Of a stretch of DNA of 64,000 nt, positions 24,576 through 37,973 are shown one piece after another (the first letter of the stretch is position 1; each line of letters begins with the position of its first letter). The translations under genes were made by a program, and so were the position numbers. Location of the stretch: assembly GCF_006345805.1 (NCBI RefSeq), contig NW_021833233.1, positions 21,127 through 85,126 on the forward strand, written 5' to 3'. The notes below the pieces were generated by a model. The model was not told the origin of the DNA. It did no database searches and worked only from the letters and a program-made list of their open reading frames with translations. This DNA comes from Octopus sinensis (taxonomy: Eukaryota).

Positions 24576-24584
24576 GTGTATATA

Positions 24585-24616
<32 letters not shown>

Positions 24617-24950
24617 CACTGAGAGAGAGAGAGTGGGGGACGAATAGAAATATGTATATGACTATATATGAATGTATAATGTATGCCTTATACGCTGATA
24701 CTTTATATTAAAGAGCTTAAGCTAACTTCGAAATCATGGGGTGTCGGTTCTTGATTTCGCTGCAGTATATCTTGAGCAGATCTAATGTTCCTTTGCCCCC
24801 TGTCTTCGTATACATTATGGGACAAAAACTGGTTGGACATATATGAGGGATAGCAGTTTATCATATCTAGCATTAAGAACGACAACCATTTCCCCAACAA
24901 TGAATAGCTGTTGTTTTTCTGCCAAATTGCATTGTATACATGATTACTGA

Positions 24951-24985
<35 letters not shown>

Positions 24986-24988
24986 ATA

Positions 24989-25116
<128 letters not shown>

Positions 25117-25927
25117 ATATTTGTATTTTCCACTAAATCATTTTTTTCAACGTATATGCTCTATTAGATGATTGCTTTCTCGTACACACCAAAACAAACG
25201 CACAAACACTTTAGATATATACATACATATATATATATTATTATATACATGTATACATACATATATATATACATGTATATATATATATACACACACAATA
25301 TATATATATATATATCATATTTGTATACACTTATACTATAGTTATATATTTATGCATATTTGTATTATATACACACGTATATATATATATATAGATGATG
25401 TTATATATGCTTTTATATATATATGAGTGTACATACACACATGCACACATACACACAGATATGTATATGTATGTATGTATGTATGTATGCATATATCGTG
25501 ATGTATACTATATGTGACGTTTTCTGACATAAATAACTTATATATCATACACCTCACCATAATTGGCTATCAACGAACAAATGATAAACATCCTCATCAA
25601 TCATGGCTTTTCCATTGTTATTGAGATCGTTTACACTTAGCGCCATCAATTGTAGTTTGACTCTGCGATTTCAAGTGTTTGGTGTTCGTCTCATCGGTCT
25701 ACATCAACTCATCTCTTAATATCTCTGTATATGTCCTACATAACTCCATCACATCTCCTTCTCTCTTACTGTCAGTTTGCCCGTCACTCCCCAACCACCT
25801 CTGTTCTTTCATCTCTCCCTCTATCTCGTACACACACTTTCTCTGCCTCTCCGTCTCATACACATTTTTTCTCTCTCTCTTCTCTCTCTCTCTTTCACCG
25901 ATTGCAGTGGCCTTAGTATTCATACGT

Positions 25928-26315
25928 GGAGGCGCAATGGCCCAGTGGTTAGGGCAGCGGAATCGCGGTCATAGGATCGCAGTTTCGATTCCCAAACCGG
26001 GCGTTGTGAGTGTTTATTGAGCGAAAACACCTAAAAAGCTCCACGAGGCTCCGGCAGGGGATGGTTGTGATCCCTGCTGTACTCTTTCACCACAACTTTC
26101 TCTCAGTCTTACTTCCTATTTCTGTTGTACCTGTATTTCAAAGGACCGGCCTTGTCACTCTCTGTGTCACGCTGAATATCCCCGAGAACTACGTTAAGGG
26201 TACACGTGTCTGTGGAGTGCTAGGCCACTTACACGTTAATTTCACGAGCAGGCTGTTCCGTTGATTCGGATCAACCGGAGCCCTCGTCGTCGTAACCGAC
26301 GGAGAGCTTCCATCC
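25928..26315 (+). mobile_element. SINE family D, full length with perfect 13-bp TSD
   Basis: Head GGAGGCGCAATGGCCCAGTGGTTAGGGC. TSD AGTATTCATACGT at 25915-25927 and 26316-26328. Confidence 0.9.
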
Positions 26316-26553
26316 AGTATTCATACGTGAGAGTAGCAATAACTCTAATTTTTTTTCTTCTTGCCCTTATTTACAGATTTTCCGCTCAACCCCGATGTTT
26401 TTGTCTTAACCGGCGGCGTTTAGTAAAACACAATCCCCCAAAAAATCGTGTTAATACAAAAACCAAACCCTTCTCCACACTCCCCAACCGAGCATTTAAT
26501 ATTCTGTAGAAATTTATTTACGTCTGGAGATCATGTTTATGCATACAAGCAAA

Positions 26554-26589
<36 letters not shown>

Positions 26590-26820
26590 ACACATGCATA
26601 TATATGTATGTATGATTGGATGAATGGGTGAATGGATGGATGGATAGATAGATAGGTAGATAGATTGATAGACAGACAGACAAATAGACAGACTAACAGA
26701 GAAATAGGTAAATATGTGTGTGTATGTGTGTGTGCTAAAGGGTAAGCCGTAGAGAAAAAATTCATTTATAAATGAATACATTTAAATATTATATATTTTA
26801 TAAATAATATATATATATAC

Positions 26821-27178
26821 AGTGGCTGTGTGGTAAGTAGCTTGTTTACCAACCACATGGTACGGGTTTAGTCCCACTGCGTGGCAACTTGGGCATGTCT
26901 CTTCTACTATAGCCTCGGGCCGACCAAAGCCTTGTGAGTGGATTTGGTAGACGGAAACTGAAAGAAGCCCGTCGTATGTATATATGTGTATATGTGTGTG
27001 TGCATGTATGTTTGTGTTTGTCCCCCTAGCATTGCTTGACAACCGATGCTGGTGTGTTTATGTCCCCGTCACTTAGCGGTTCGGCAAAAGAGAATAAGTC
27101 CCGGGGTCGAGTTGCTCGATTAAAGGCGGTGCTCCACCATGGCCGCAGTCAAATGACTGAAACAAGTAAAAGAGTAAT
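26821..27178 (+). mobile_element. SINE family B
   Basis: AGTGGCTGTGTGGTAAGTAGC...GAAACAAGTAAAAGAG. Confidence 0.85.
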
Positions 27179-27410
27179 ATATACGAAGCAGAGGCGGCTG
27201 AAGAAGGGGAATTTTCCTTGTGTTGTATGTCTTGTCCTCTGTTTTTCGTTGTTTATGTCCGTTTCTTTGGTATTGTTTTTATGTTTTCGTTTCTCATTGT
27301 GTTCGACTTCTTTTTTGGGGGTGTCCTGTACCCATATATGCATGTATATATACTTTTAGATGTAGGTACGTACATATATATATGTATATATGCATATGTT
27401 TTATTTATTA

Positions 27411-27794
27411 CTAGCAGTATCGCCCGGCGTTGCTCGGGTTTGTAAGGGAAATAACTATAAAGCATTTTTAGAGAGTTATAGCCAAAAAATAGCAAAAAAA
27501 TGGGAAAAAAAATTATGGTAAATTTTTTTGATAGTTAAAAAGGTCGAGTTGCGTCCCCTACACCATCTGTGGTTTGTGTTTCTGATTGTCGACCCCATGT
27601 CGAATTTATCGATCTTTTTCAGAACTGGGGGAACTTTTCAAAATTTTCTCTGCGTTAGTTTTGAATTATGACATTGGGCTATGTGTGTGTCAAGTTTCAT
27701 CAGAATCGGTTGAAAGCCGTGGTCAGGGTGAGGGTACAACATGACAGACACACAGACACACACAGAGACAAACTGCCGTTTATATAGAGAGAGA
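27411..27794 (-). mobile_element. Non-autonomous Helitron (same 3' end as the 1672-2562 copies, different body)
   Basis: Minus strand A|TC at 27794 and CTAG|T at 27411, with CCCGAGCAACGCCGGGCGATACTGCTAG terminus. Confidence 0.8.
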
Positions 27795-27850
27795 TTTTGT
27801 TATTATATGATGGAACGCCACGAATCCACTTCCAAATAAGTTTTATATTT

Positions 27851-27895
<45 letters not shown>

Positions 27896-28420
27896 CACAG
27901 GCACACAGACACACACACTCATAGGTGTATTTGTGTGTGTATTTACTATACGTATTTTTGTTTGCATAAGTTTGAATGATTTTTATGTGTGTTTATATCT
28001 GTGTCTTACCTATTTTCATTCTACACGGTTTCTGTGTTAAAGCTATTTCCTAATCATGAATACAATATTTCGTTGTAACTTAGTTATTCCTGAAAACCTG
28101 ATATTATTTTATATCACATGCCTGATTCTATTTCCTGATGTTTCTATTGTTGCAATTAACTTTATCGTTGTATTTCGTGATGATTTGCACTAATTTACCG
28201 CTGGGAAATACTCGATCTCGTCTGCGATAAGTAAAAATATAAGGAAATAATTAGAGAGTTTACTGGTTCGTTTGATTTGGTTACTAACTGTTGAGTTGAT
28301 AAGTAGAGAATTGGCTTGAATTATTTGTATATCTGTTTAAGTTTTTCCATGTCTAGCCGCCTACCTGTCTCCCTGTCAACTGACATCTTTCTTTCGCTCT
28401 CACAACATCACTTTGTGTAT

Positions 28421-28465
<45 letters not shown>

Positions 28466-28509
28466 GCACACACACACATACACATATGCAATCCATACTT
28501 TAAGTAAAC

Positions 28510-29382
28510 ATTGGTTTCAAAATTTGGCACAAGACCAGCAGTTTTGGGGAAGGAGTTAAGTCGATGACATCAACCCCAAGGAAGATCTGGTCCTTATTTC
28601 CTTCTTTCGGGGGTCGCTGAAATAAGTAACAGTTGAGTCCTGGGATAAGTCCAATTGACTAGCTTTCAACCCCGAAAGGGATGAAAGGCAAAGTCGATCT
28701 CAGCGGCATTTGAACCCAAAATGTACAGACTGGGAGAAAATTCCACTAAGTATTTTGCCCGGTGTACTAACAGTTCTTCCATCTTTCCGTGTTACTTTAA
28801 ATATTGGTTTCAAATTTTTACACAAGGCCAGGAACTTTGGCGGAGGGCGTAAGTCGATTACATTGACCCCAGCAAAGAACTGGTACTTAGTTTTTCAATC
28901 CCGAAAGGGATAAAAGGAAAAGACGAAATGGGCAGCACGTAAATCCACAACGTACAGACACCGAAATGCTGTTGGGCAGTTGTCCCTGCGTGCTAACGAT
29001 TCTCATTTCTTTATTACCTACAAGGGGATAAACATAGAAGGGACAAACAAGGACATACAAAGGGATAGGTCGATTACATCGACCCCAGTGTGTAACTGCT
29101 ACTTAATTTATCGACCCCGAAATGATGAAAGGCAATTCAACTTCAGCGGAATTCGATCTCAGAACGTAACGGCAGACGAAATACCTATTTCTTTACTACC
29201 CAGAAGGGACAAACAAGGACAGACAAAGGGATTAAGTCGATTACATCGACCCCAGTGCATTACTGGTACTTAATTTATCGACCCCGAAAGGATGAAAGGC
29301 AAAGTCGACCTCGGCGGATGTTGAACTCAGAACGCTAAGCATTTCGGCCGGCATGCTAACGATTCTGCAATCTCACCGCCTT
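28510..29382 (-). mobile_element. Cluster of 4-5 tandem SINE family A and A-related units
   Basis: Repeated AAGTCGATTAC/ATCGACCCC...CCCGAAAGGATGAAAGGC modules, with a head at about 29382. Confidence 0.8.
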
Positions 29383-29515
29383 ACTTTAAATATATATTGC
29401 AAGTGTGAAAGAGACGTTCGTAATTCCAAGTCAGAGTGGACGTCTTAGACTTCCTCCAGTGTTGATATTGTGAACTTAGATGACAACTACATAATTTTAT
29501 AGAGGAATAATTGGG

Positions 29516-30709
29516 TAATAAAGGTCGACCCTTCTTAAAAGTATATCACAAACGGTGTTGTATAGGGTGTTGTATACTGTCAGGAAGTCTTAAACTTTTA
29601 AAAGATATGCGTGGCAAATAAATCGTACTCCTTGAATGAAAAACGATTAGAGAGTGGCGTGCATTGTGATAGCTGGTCTATAAAATAAATTACCCACCAA
29701 GAATGGGAAATATAATTCACCCATTCCTTCCCCGTAAGAATGATAGCTCGGTACTTTTGTGAGAAATCCTTATAGTTTTCTTCTTTTAGACCGTAACAGT
29801 GTTATAATCGTTGTGATTCGTAGAAAATGACTTGAGGTATTTGATTACATTCCTAGAATTTATCACTACAAAGGTTCACTGCTGCATATCAGGTTGTCGC
29901 ACTTTCTCGTTTGATCACATATAGACAGGTAATACACCCACATCCAAATTTTCATTGCAACTATCGTCTAAGAAATGTAGCCATGTCTTAATGTTCACAA
30001 TAAAACTTGTCATTAAAAATATCTTTTACTACTCTATGCACAAGGCCCGAAATTTTGGAAGCGGAGGGCCAATCGATTATATCGACCCCAGTACGCAAAT
30101 ATTACTTATAATAAAGGTCGACCCTTCTTAAAAGATATCACAAACGGTGTTGTATAGGGGTTGTATACTGTCAGGAAGTCTTAAACTTTTAAGATAGGCG
30201 TGGCAAATAAATCCGTACTCCTTGAATGAAAAACGATTAGAGAGTGTCGTGCCTTGTGAATAGCTGGTCTATAAAATAAATTACCCACCAAGAATGGGAA
30301 ATATAATTCACCCATTCCTTCCCCGTAAGAATGATAGCTCGGTACTTTTGTGAGAAATCCTTATAGTTTTCTTCTTTTAGACCGTAACAGTGTTATAATC
30401 GTTGTGATTCGTAGAAAATGACTTGAGGTATTTGATTACATTCCTAGAATTTATCACTACAAAGGTTCACTGCTGCATATCAGGTTGTCGCACTTTCTCG
30501 TTTGATCACATATAGACAGGTAATACACCCACATCCAAATTTTCAATTGCAACTATCGTCTAAGAAATGTAGCCATGTCTTAATGTTCACAAATAAAACG
30601 TTGTCATTAAAAATATTCTTTTCTACTCTATGCACAAGGCCCGAAATTTTGGAAGCGGAGGGCCAATCGATTATATCGACCCCAGTACGCAAATAGTACT
30701 TATTTAATA
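29516..30709. repeat. ~593-bp tandem duplication
   Basis: TAATAAAGGTCGACCCTTCTT at 29516 and 30109. The copies differ mostly by 1-2 bp indels. Confidence 0.95.
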
Positions 30710-30925
30710 GACCCCGAAAGGATGAAAGACAAAGTCGACCTCGGTGGAATTTGAACTCAGAGCGTTACGGCAGACGAAATACCTATTTCTTTACTACCCA
30801 CAAGGGGGTAAACACAGAGAGGACAAACAAGGACAGACAAACGGATTAAGTCGATTATATCGACCCTAGAGCGTAACTGGTACTTATTTAATCGACCCCG
30901 AAAGGATGAAAGGTAAAGTCGACCA
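30630..30925 (-). mobile_element. SINE family A dimer-type fragment
   Basis: Has the same GACGAAATACC|TATTTCTTTACTACCC junction as the copies at 21078 and 29185. Confidence 0.75.
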
Positions 30926-31225
30926 CTGCAAAGTCGACTAAACACTTCAAAACGGTGACCCAGCCTGGCCGCAATCTAGTGATTGAAACAAATAAGAGAT
31001 AATATCTAAAAGATCGCACTGATGTCTCATGAAATATTAAGATTTTAATTATGCAGTCAATTATTTCTGGTAATATATTATTCTGTCAGGTCGCGTTTAA
31101 AATGTTGCTTCAGTTTCATATAAGCCATGATCATGAAATTATACATACAAATACGTGTGAATATACATGTATATATATATATGTACACATATATATTTGT
31201 GGTCATATACATATATATATGCATA

Positions 31226-31320
31226 CGTAAAATACTTTTTCTATTCCTGAGCGTTATACTAATACATCTGTTTGTTTTGTACACCACCTGTCTTCGTCTT
31301 TTGTTTTTTTCGTTAACTCT
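31226..31320 (+). repeat. Family G (HHR-associated pLTR-like repeat) 3' fragment
   Basis: Matches the reverse complement of 61080-61177 (CGTAAAA.ACTTTTT.TATTCCTGAGCG.TATACTAATAC...). Confidence 0.7.
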
Positions 31321-31339
31321 CCCTATATATATGTACGTA

Positions 31340-31394
<55 letters not shown>

Positions 31395-32469
31395 TATGTT
31401 TGTATATATGTTTGTATATATATATACATATGTATATGTATACATACATATAAATATATATATATATATGTGTGTGTGTGTATATAGATACATACACGTA
31501 TACGTATGTGAGTATGTTGTGTGAGCGCGCGCGTGTGTAGATATGCATAAATACATGCATGTAATCATATATATATATATACAGAGAGAGAGAGAAAGAG
31601 AGAAATGTGTATGTATATTATATATAGTGTTCATATATGCAGAGTGAGAGAGATAGAGAGAGAAATAAGGAGTAAGTACGTCACTGAGTGAGTAAGTGAA
31701 CGAACGTGGAGTTAGTGAGTGAGTGAGTGAGTAATTGAGTGAGTGACTGAGTGGTTGAGTAAGTGATTGAGTGAATGAGTGTACAACTAAAAAGGAGAAT
31801 GAGTGACTAACGGAAAGAAAGAACAAATTAGAGAGGGCGAAGCAATATTTTAGTAGGCACCATACGATGTGTAGTATTCCTAATGAAATGACGTAGTCCT
31901 CTTCTTAATTCGCAATTTAATGGTATTAAGATTTTCCTCTGCTCATTTAAAGAAGATTATATTTACATTAATTATTGATTATTCATCTCATGAGATCCAT
32001 TTCTCTTCTACAGCGTGCATTATTTATGAATTACGTAGAAATATATGTAGGTGGAAGCATTAACACATGCAATCACCGTGCACAAAAGGCCAGTTAACGA
32101 CAAAAGTCCAATCAATTGTCGTTTCCATTACTGAGGATAATTAAAACATGCATCATGTTTAATAGCGGCAATTCTGAATATTGTTAGTTTCACTTGAACA
32201 AGGTTTTGAATTAAACCGTAAATTCAAGGGACAGGATTAGCCGCAGTCATGTTGAGGTATAAAAACCAGGAAATGTTCTGATTGGAGAAGAAACGGATTT
32301 ACGGAAGATTTAAACGCCTCCTCGCTGTCACAACGCACATTATAAATGAACTGTTATGAATATTTGATTGTTAATAATTACCGTTGCTCTGACCATGAGA
32401 TTCTATGTCATAACCGTGCTTGTAATATTTATTTTCACATCTGTCATCAAATACGTCCACATTAATTTT

Positions 32470-32552
32470 GCTTATTATTATCATCATCATTATTATTATT
32501 ATTATTATTATTGTTGTTGTTGTTGTGGTTGTTGTTGTTATTATTATTTTTA

Positions 32553-32599
<47 letters not shown>

Positions 32600-32634
32600 A
32601 CTACTACTACTATTATTATTACTATTATTATTAC

Positions 32635-32676
<42 letters not shown>

Positions 32677-32764
32677 TATTATTATTACTATTTTTATTAT
32701 TATTACTATTATTATTATTATTATTATTATTATATTTTCATTATAATTTTTATCATCATCATCA

Positions 32765-32796
<32 letters not shown>

Positions 32797-32845
32797 GTGG
32801 TTGTTGTTGTTATTATTATTATTATTGTGGCTGTTGTTGTTGTTG

Positions 32846-32908
<63 letters not shown>

Positions 32909-32920
32909 TATCATTATTCA
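32470..32920. repeat. (TTA)n/(TTG)n/(ATC)n microsatellite
   Basis: Seen directly. Confidence 0.95.
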
Positions 32921-33243
32921 CATGAGCTGTAATCTATCGAAATCATTGGCATAATAAAGCGTACAGCGAATGCGAGCTCATAATTTTAGCGTGAGCGCTT
33001 ATTCATAGTCCACATAAACCTGCGAAACTTTGATATCAACCTTAATATCAAACGCAAGGATCGTGTAATTTAAGTGACGTTCCAAGGATTAAACGAGTTT
33101 ATTGTTTCTTCCCTTGAAGAGCATCCAATAAAAAGGATTTTGTGAATATCCTATGCGCAACAGCAACTTTGTTGTTTGTCTTTCGGCAACATTTCATTGT
33201 CAACAGATAGGCTTGAGGTTTATTTGATAATATTCGTTTCTAT

Positions 33244-33313
<70 letters not shown>

Positions 33314-33363
33314 CATATATGCATATATATATACATTCATGCATATACATAGTATATAGGTAT

Positions 33364-33411
<48 letters not shown>

Positions 33412-33649
33412 ATGTATGAATGTATGTGTTCTTATATATATACATATAAGAGATAATGGTGTCATTGAGACCCAAAGGTGTCAGGTAAGTGCTATAAGCA
33501 AACCATAGTTAAGTTCCAGATTCGGTAATATTGAGAATAAAGGGTTCAAAGTTGGTTCTATGTCAGCGTGTGTATATAAGAATTTTTTTTCGCGTAATAA
33601 GATAAAAAAACCAAGGCTGTATAGATTTTAGAACATTTATAGATAGAAG

Positions 33650-33701
33650 GTCTTACAGCTGTTTCTAGGATATTAGTTAATAATATCCCTTCATCGGAGA
33701 C
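33650..33701 (-). ncRNA. Hammerhead motif, U4C variant (left arm)
   Basis: GTCT CCGATGA A-GGGATATTA-TTAAC-TAATATCCT-A GAAA C AGCT GTA | AGAC. Confidence 0.6.
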
Positions 33702-33794
33702 GGTGTGAGGGGGAAATTAAGCATTACTTAGTTTAGATGTGATACAAAATAGAGAGGTGGAGGAAAGAAAATAGATGTATTTTCCTCTCACACC

Positions 33795-33846
33795 GTCTCC
33801 GATGAAGGGATATTATTCATTAATATCCTAGAAACAGCTGTAAGAC
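33795..33846 (+). ncRNA. Hammerhead motif, U4C variant (right arm)
   Basis: GTCT CCGATGA A-GGGATATTA-TTCAT-TAATATCCT-A GAAA C AGCT GTA | AGAC. Stem III palindrome ACAGCTGT. Confidence 0.6.
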
Positions 33847-35233
33847 CTTCTATCTATAAATGCTCTAATATCTATACAGCCTTGGTTTTTTCTATCTTAT
33901 TACGCAAAAAAATTCTTACGTATATATATATATATATATGTACATGTGAGGGAGAGAATATGCATGAATCCTATGCTACTATATAAATGTGATTTTCGAG
34001 GGAGCATTGTCACGTTTCTTGACTATTGTTTCTTATGAATAGTATCGGAAAGATTCATCTCGTGATATGTTGATTCAGTAGTAAGAAACTGAGTCCTTGG
34101 GAAAGCAGTTAAGATATGAACAATGATATTCACATACAAATTGCTATTACGTTTAAATCAAATCTTCACTGCTTTGGCAAAAGACGTTGAGGTAACAAGT
34201 ACACTCTGTATGATGGTACATGAAATCGCAATCCGTTCCCTTTGGAGATAAATTAATAGAAGCTTCTCATATTGAATTATGATTCAAAGTTTCAGTATAA
34301 ATATATACACACAGAAATAATCTATGATTTTTGTATCTGAGATACAGTGAATGCCTAAGGTTTTTCTATATTAAATTTTGGAAGCAGTGGAATCTGTAGG
34401 TGATTTGCGATTAATGAAAGCAATATTTAACAACATTAAAAGGCTATATGGTAAGAATTTTGCTTTCCAACTAAAAGGCTCCAGGATTAGTCCAACCGCG
34501 TAGGACTTTAAGTAAGTGCCTTCTACTATAGTACCAGGAATATAAAAGTATTCAGTATGATTCATTCGACTGAAATTCTTTCAGGCGATGCCCTAGCTTG
34601 GTCGCTGTCTAATCACTAAAACAAGTACCTCAATATGATTTTACACCAGAACAATTCCCCCAGCGTTTTAAATTCGAGAAATTTCCACAAAAGAGTGCAG
34701 ATTATTTTGCTGCATCCAAGTCAAAAGTTATCCTGCCAAATTACCAAATTCCAACATACAAACTGATCTGCAAGTTAGACCCCCACCTCAGTCATTTTAT
34801 TACTGCTTGTAGATCGGACCACGTCGGAAAACGCCATTGCGGATTGAATCCAATTGCTTATACAAGCCTTCATTTTTACTGTCGCAAGGAAAATTTTTCG
34901 TTGGTGCGGATGTATATTTGCAGTTGAGACATCATCAGCGACCTGCTGCGTAATGTATCTGCCATGGTCTCGTATAGCAATAAGTTTCAGAATCTCAATG
35001 AAGTGAACATTTAAGCAAAAGTCTATAAATGATCATATACATATAATTTATTATATACGTATAAATTAAACATCACGTGATTAGTCTATGTTGCATGGGC
35101 AAAATGATTGAATAAAACGAAGAATCACGCAAACGTTTATACATAGCATTTGATATATTTTAGATAAAAGTATCCCTACATTTCACTCACCTTGGGTTAT
35201 GCACAAACGCATGTCTGCGTATATATATACACT

Positions 35234-35430
35234 TTATTAAAAAGTAGCAAAAATATCACAAAAACTGTTACTCAGAGTTTCAAGTTCCCGTTTATCGGAC
35301 GAACTGGCAGGTGAAACTCTGAGTAACGGTTTTTGTGATATTTTTGCTGCTTCTTAATAACGCATATTACTCTACCTCTGGTATTCGAGTACTATTATTT
35401 CCAAGTTGTTTCATATTTATGTGTTTACAC
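35234..35430 (+). mobile_element. pLTR-like fragment with 49-bp inverted repeat and degenerate HHR halves (related piece at 46975-47005, minus)
   Basis: Arms 35234-35282 and 35312-35360, 3 mismatches. Both carry GAAACTCTGAGTA|AC(A/G)G. Confidence 0.7.
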
Positions 35431-35476
35431 TGGTATATATATATATACAAATTATATATGTGCATATATTTATATC

Positions 35477-35884
35477 GATGACTGTGTGGTAAGTAGCTTG
35501 CTTACGAACTATATGGTTCCGGGTTCAGTCCCACTGCGTGGCACATTAGGTGAGTGTCTTCTACTGTAGCCTCGGAGCGACCAAAGCCTTGTGAGTGGAT
35601 TTGGTAGACGGAAACTAAAAGAAGCCCGTCGTATATATGTATGTATGTGTATGTATATATATATATATATATATACGTAAGTTTATGCGTCTGTGTTTGT
35701 CCCCCCAACATCGCTTGACAACAGATGGTGGTGTGTTTATGTCCCCGGCAAAATAGACCGATAGAATAAGTACTGGGCTTACAAAGAATAAGTCCCGGGG
35801 TCGATTTGCTCGACTAAAGGCGGTGCTCCAGCATAGCCACAGTCAAATGACTGAAATAAGTAATAGAGTAAATGAGTAAAGAAT
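35477..35884 (+). mobile_element. SINE family B
   Basis: Near full-length match to the 55918 copy. Confidence 0.85.
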
Positions 35885-36642
35885 GCGTGTGTGTGTGTGT
35901 GTATGGTTGTATGCGTGGAGACATAAGCATGTTGAAAATAACCTTATGTAAACGAGGAGTGAAAAAATAAAACGTAGCGTTAAATGAATTATGAAGTGTT
36001 AATATATAAAATAGACAAGAGCAGTAAAACATATCAGAAAGTGAACGAGTGCAAACAAATGAATTTTAAAAAAGACAAGAAAACATAGAACAAAACCGAA
36101 AGTTAACAGGCTTTTTGAACAGAATAGGAAATAGAGAGAGCGTGGAGGAAAGGGTGGGCGTAAAAATAAATGACAAAATGTATTTTGATGGAGAAGTGAT
36201 TTGAATATTATATAAGAAAGATAAACCGCCGAGAGTAAGAAAGTTCACAGTGTGTATACACGAATGTAGTTACGGTATTGAGTGAGATTTTAAGCATGTT
36301 ACTTCAATGAATAAATTCTCAGTAAATCCATTTACTGTTCAAAATTACTTTTCGTCTTAAACGAATTATGTATTTGTCTTTTGTATTTGTAATACACATG
36401 CACAGACTGACACAGAAACACACAGACACATGCACGCACGCACGCATGCGCATGTAGTATAAAAGCATTTACGGAAATACACAGCTAATGCGATCAACGA
36501 GTAGGATTTTGAACAATATGGCTGACATCGAAAAGGATCTAGAACGCATGACTATGTGGTCAAACTGGTATAAGTAGGAGATAGGATTTCATTTGTTACT
36601 CTTCTGACTGGGGAGCTCACAGTTTTATTTCGGTCAGATTGC

Positions 36643-36644
<2 letters not shown>

Positions 36645-36687
<43 letters not shown>

Positions 36688-37015
36688 TGTGTCTCTGTGT
36701 TCTGTGTGGTGTCTTGTGTCTGTGTTGTGTGTGTGTGTGGTGTGTGTGGTGTGTGTCCTGTTTTTCTGTGTGTGTGCTGTGTGTGGTGTGTGTGTGTGTG
36801 TATGTGTGTGTGTCTGTGTCTCTGTGTTGTATGTGTGTCTGTGTGTTGTGTGTGTGTGTGTGTGTGTGTGTGTGTCTGTGTCTCTGTGTGTCTGTGTGTC
36901 TGTGTGTGTGTGTGTGTGTGTGTCTGTGTCTCTGTGTGTCTGTGTGTCTGTGGGTGTGTGTGTTTGTGTGCGTGTGTGTGTGTGTGTGTGTTGTGTGTCC
37001 TGTGTCTGTGTGTCT

Positions 37016-37056
<41 letters not shown>

Positions 37057-37067
37057 TGTGTCTCTGT

Positions 37068-37105
<38 letters not shown>

Positions 37106-37196
37106 TGTGTCTGTGTCTCTGTGTGTCTGTGTGTCTGTGTGTGTGTGTTGTGTGTGGTGTGTGTGTGTGTGGTGTGTGGTGTGTCTGTGTCTCTGT

Positions 37197-37241
<45 letters not shown>

Positions 37242-37263
37242 TGTGTCTCTGTGTGTCTGTGTG

Positions 37264-37302
<39 letters not shown>

Positions 37303-37388
37303 TGTGTCTCTGTGTGTCTGTGTGTCTGTGTGTGTGTGTGTGTGTGTGTCTGTGTCTCTGTGTGTCTGTGTGTCTGTGTGTGTGTGTG

Positions 37389-37423
<35 letters not shown>

Positions 37424-37460
37424 CTGTGTCTGTGTGTCTGTGTCTGTGTGTGTGTGAGTT
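36645..37460. repeat. ~800-bp (TG)n/(TGTC) compound microsatellite
   Basis: Seen directly. Explains the long C/V and H/T ORFs. Confidence 0.97.
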
Positions 37461-37553
37461 TGTGTGCATGCGCGGGCTCGCTGAAAATAAGGTCACACTT
37501 TCAATTTAAGCGAAAACGTACGTACGATTTTATGTATGTATTTACACGTGATT

Positions 37554-37902
37554 GAGAAGGCGCATGGCTTCGTGGTTAGAGCGTAGGTTGTGAGGTTGTG
37601 AGGGTTGTGAGTTCGTTTCCCGGATCGGGCTGCATGTTGTGTTCTTGAGCAAGACACTTTATTTCACGTTGCTCCAGTTAACTCAGCTGTATAAATGAGA
37701 TGTGACGTCATTGGTGCCAAGCTGTATCGGCCTTTGCCTGTCCCTTGCATAACACTGCTGGCGTGAAGAGGGGAGGCTGTTATGCATGGGCGACTGCCGG
37801 TCTTCCACAAACAATCTTGCCCTGATTTGTGACTCGGAGGGTGACTTTCTAGGTGCAATCCCATGGTCATTCATGACCGAAACGGGTCTCTTGCTCCTCC
37901 CA
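37554..37902 (+). mobile_element. SINE family C (MetaSINE-like) with 13-bp TSD
   Basis: GAAGGCGCATGGCTTCGTGGTTAG...GTGTTCTTGAGCAAGACACTT. TSD TTTAC(A/G)CGTGATT at 37541-37553 and 37903-37915. Confidence 0.85.
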
Positions 37903-37973
37903 TTTACGCGTGATTATATATGTACATATACGTATCATATGTGTGCGTGTGTGTGAATTATATACATATATAT

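Larger units (their letters stand above)
33577..33918. mobile_element. Foldback element with ~140-bp inverted arms, each containing an HHR-like motif
   Basis: Arms about 33577-33717 and 33779-33918 with few mismatches. No ORF. Confidence 0.85.

Noticed and set aside
27690-27710. Minus-strand CTGATGAAAC inside the Helitron
   Set aside because: No stem II between CTGATGA and AAC. It is part of the Helitron body.
34875-34945. Minus-strand CTGATGA...GAAAAATTTTC
   Set aside because: Stem II does not close and stem I is out of register, so this is likely chance.
37865-37890. GGTCAT-TC-ATGACC GAAAC GG GTC in a SINE C tail
   Set aside because: It resembles the 3' half of a hammerhead, but there is no CUGANGA upstream. 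It is a SINE tail stem-loop.
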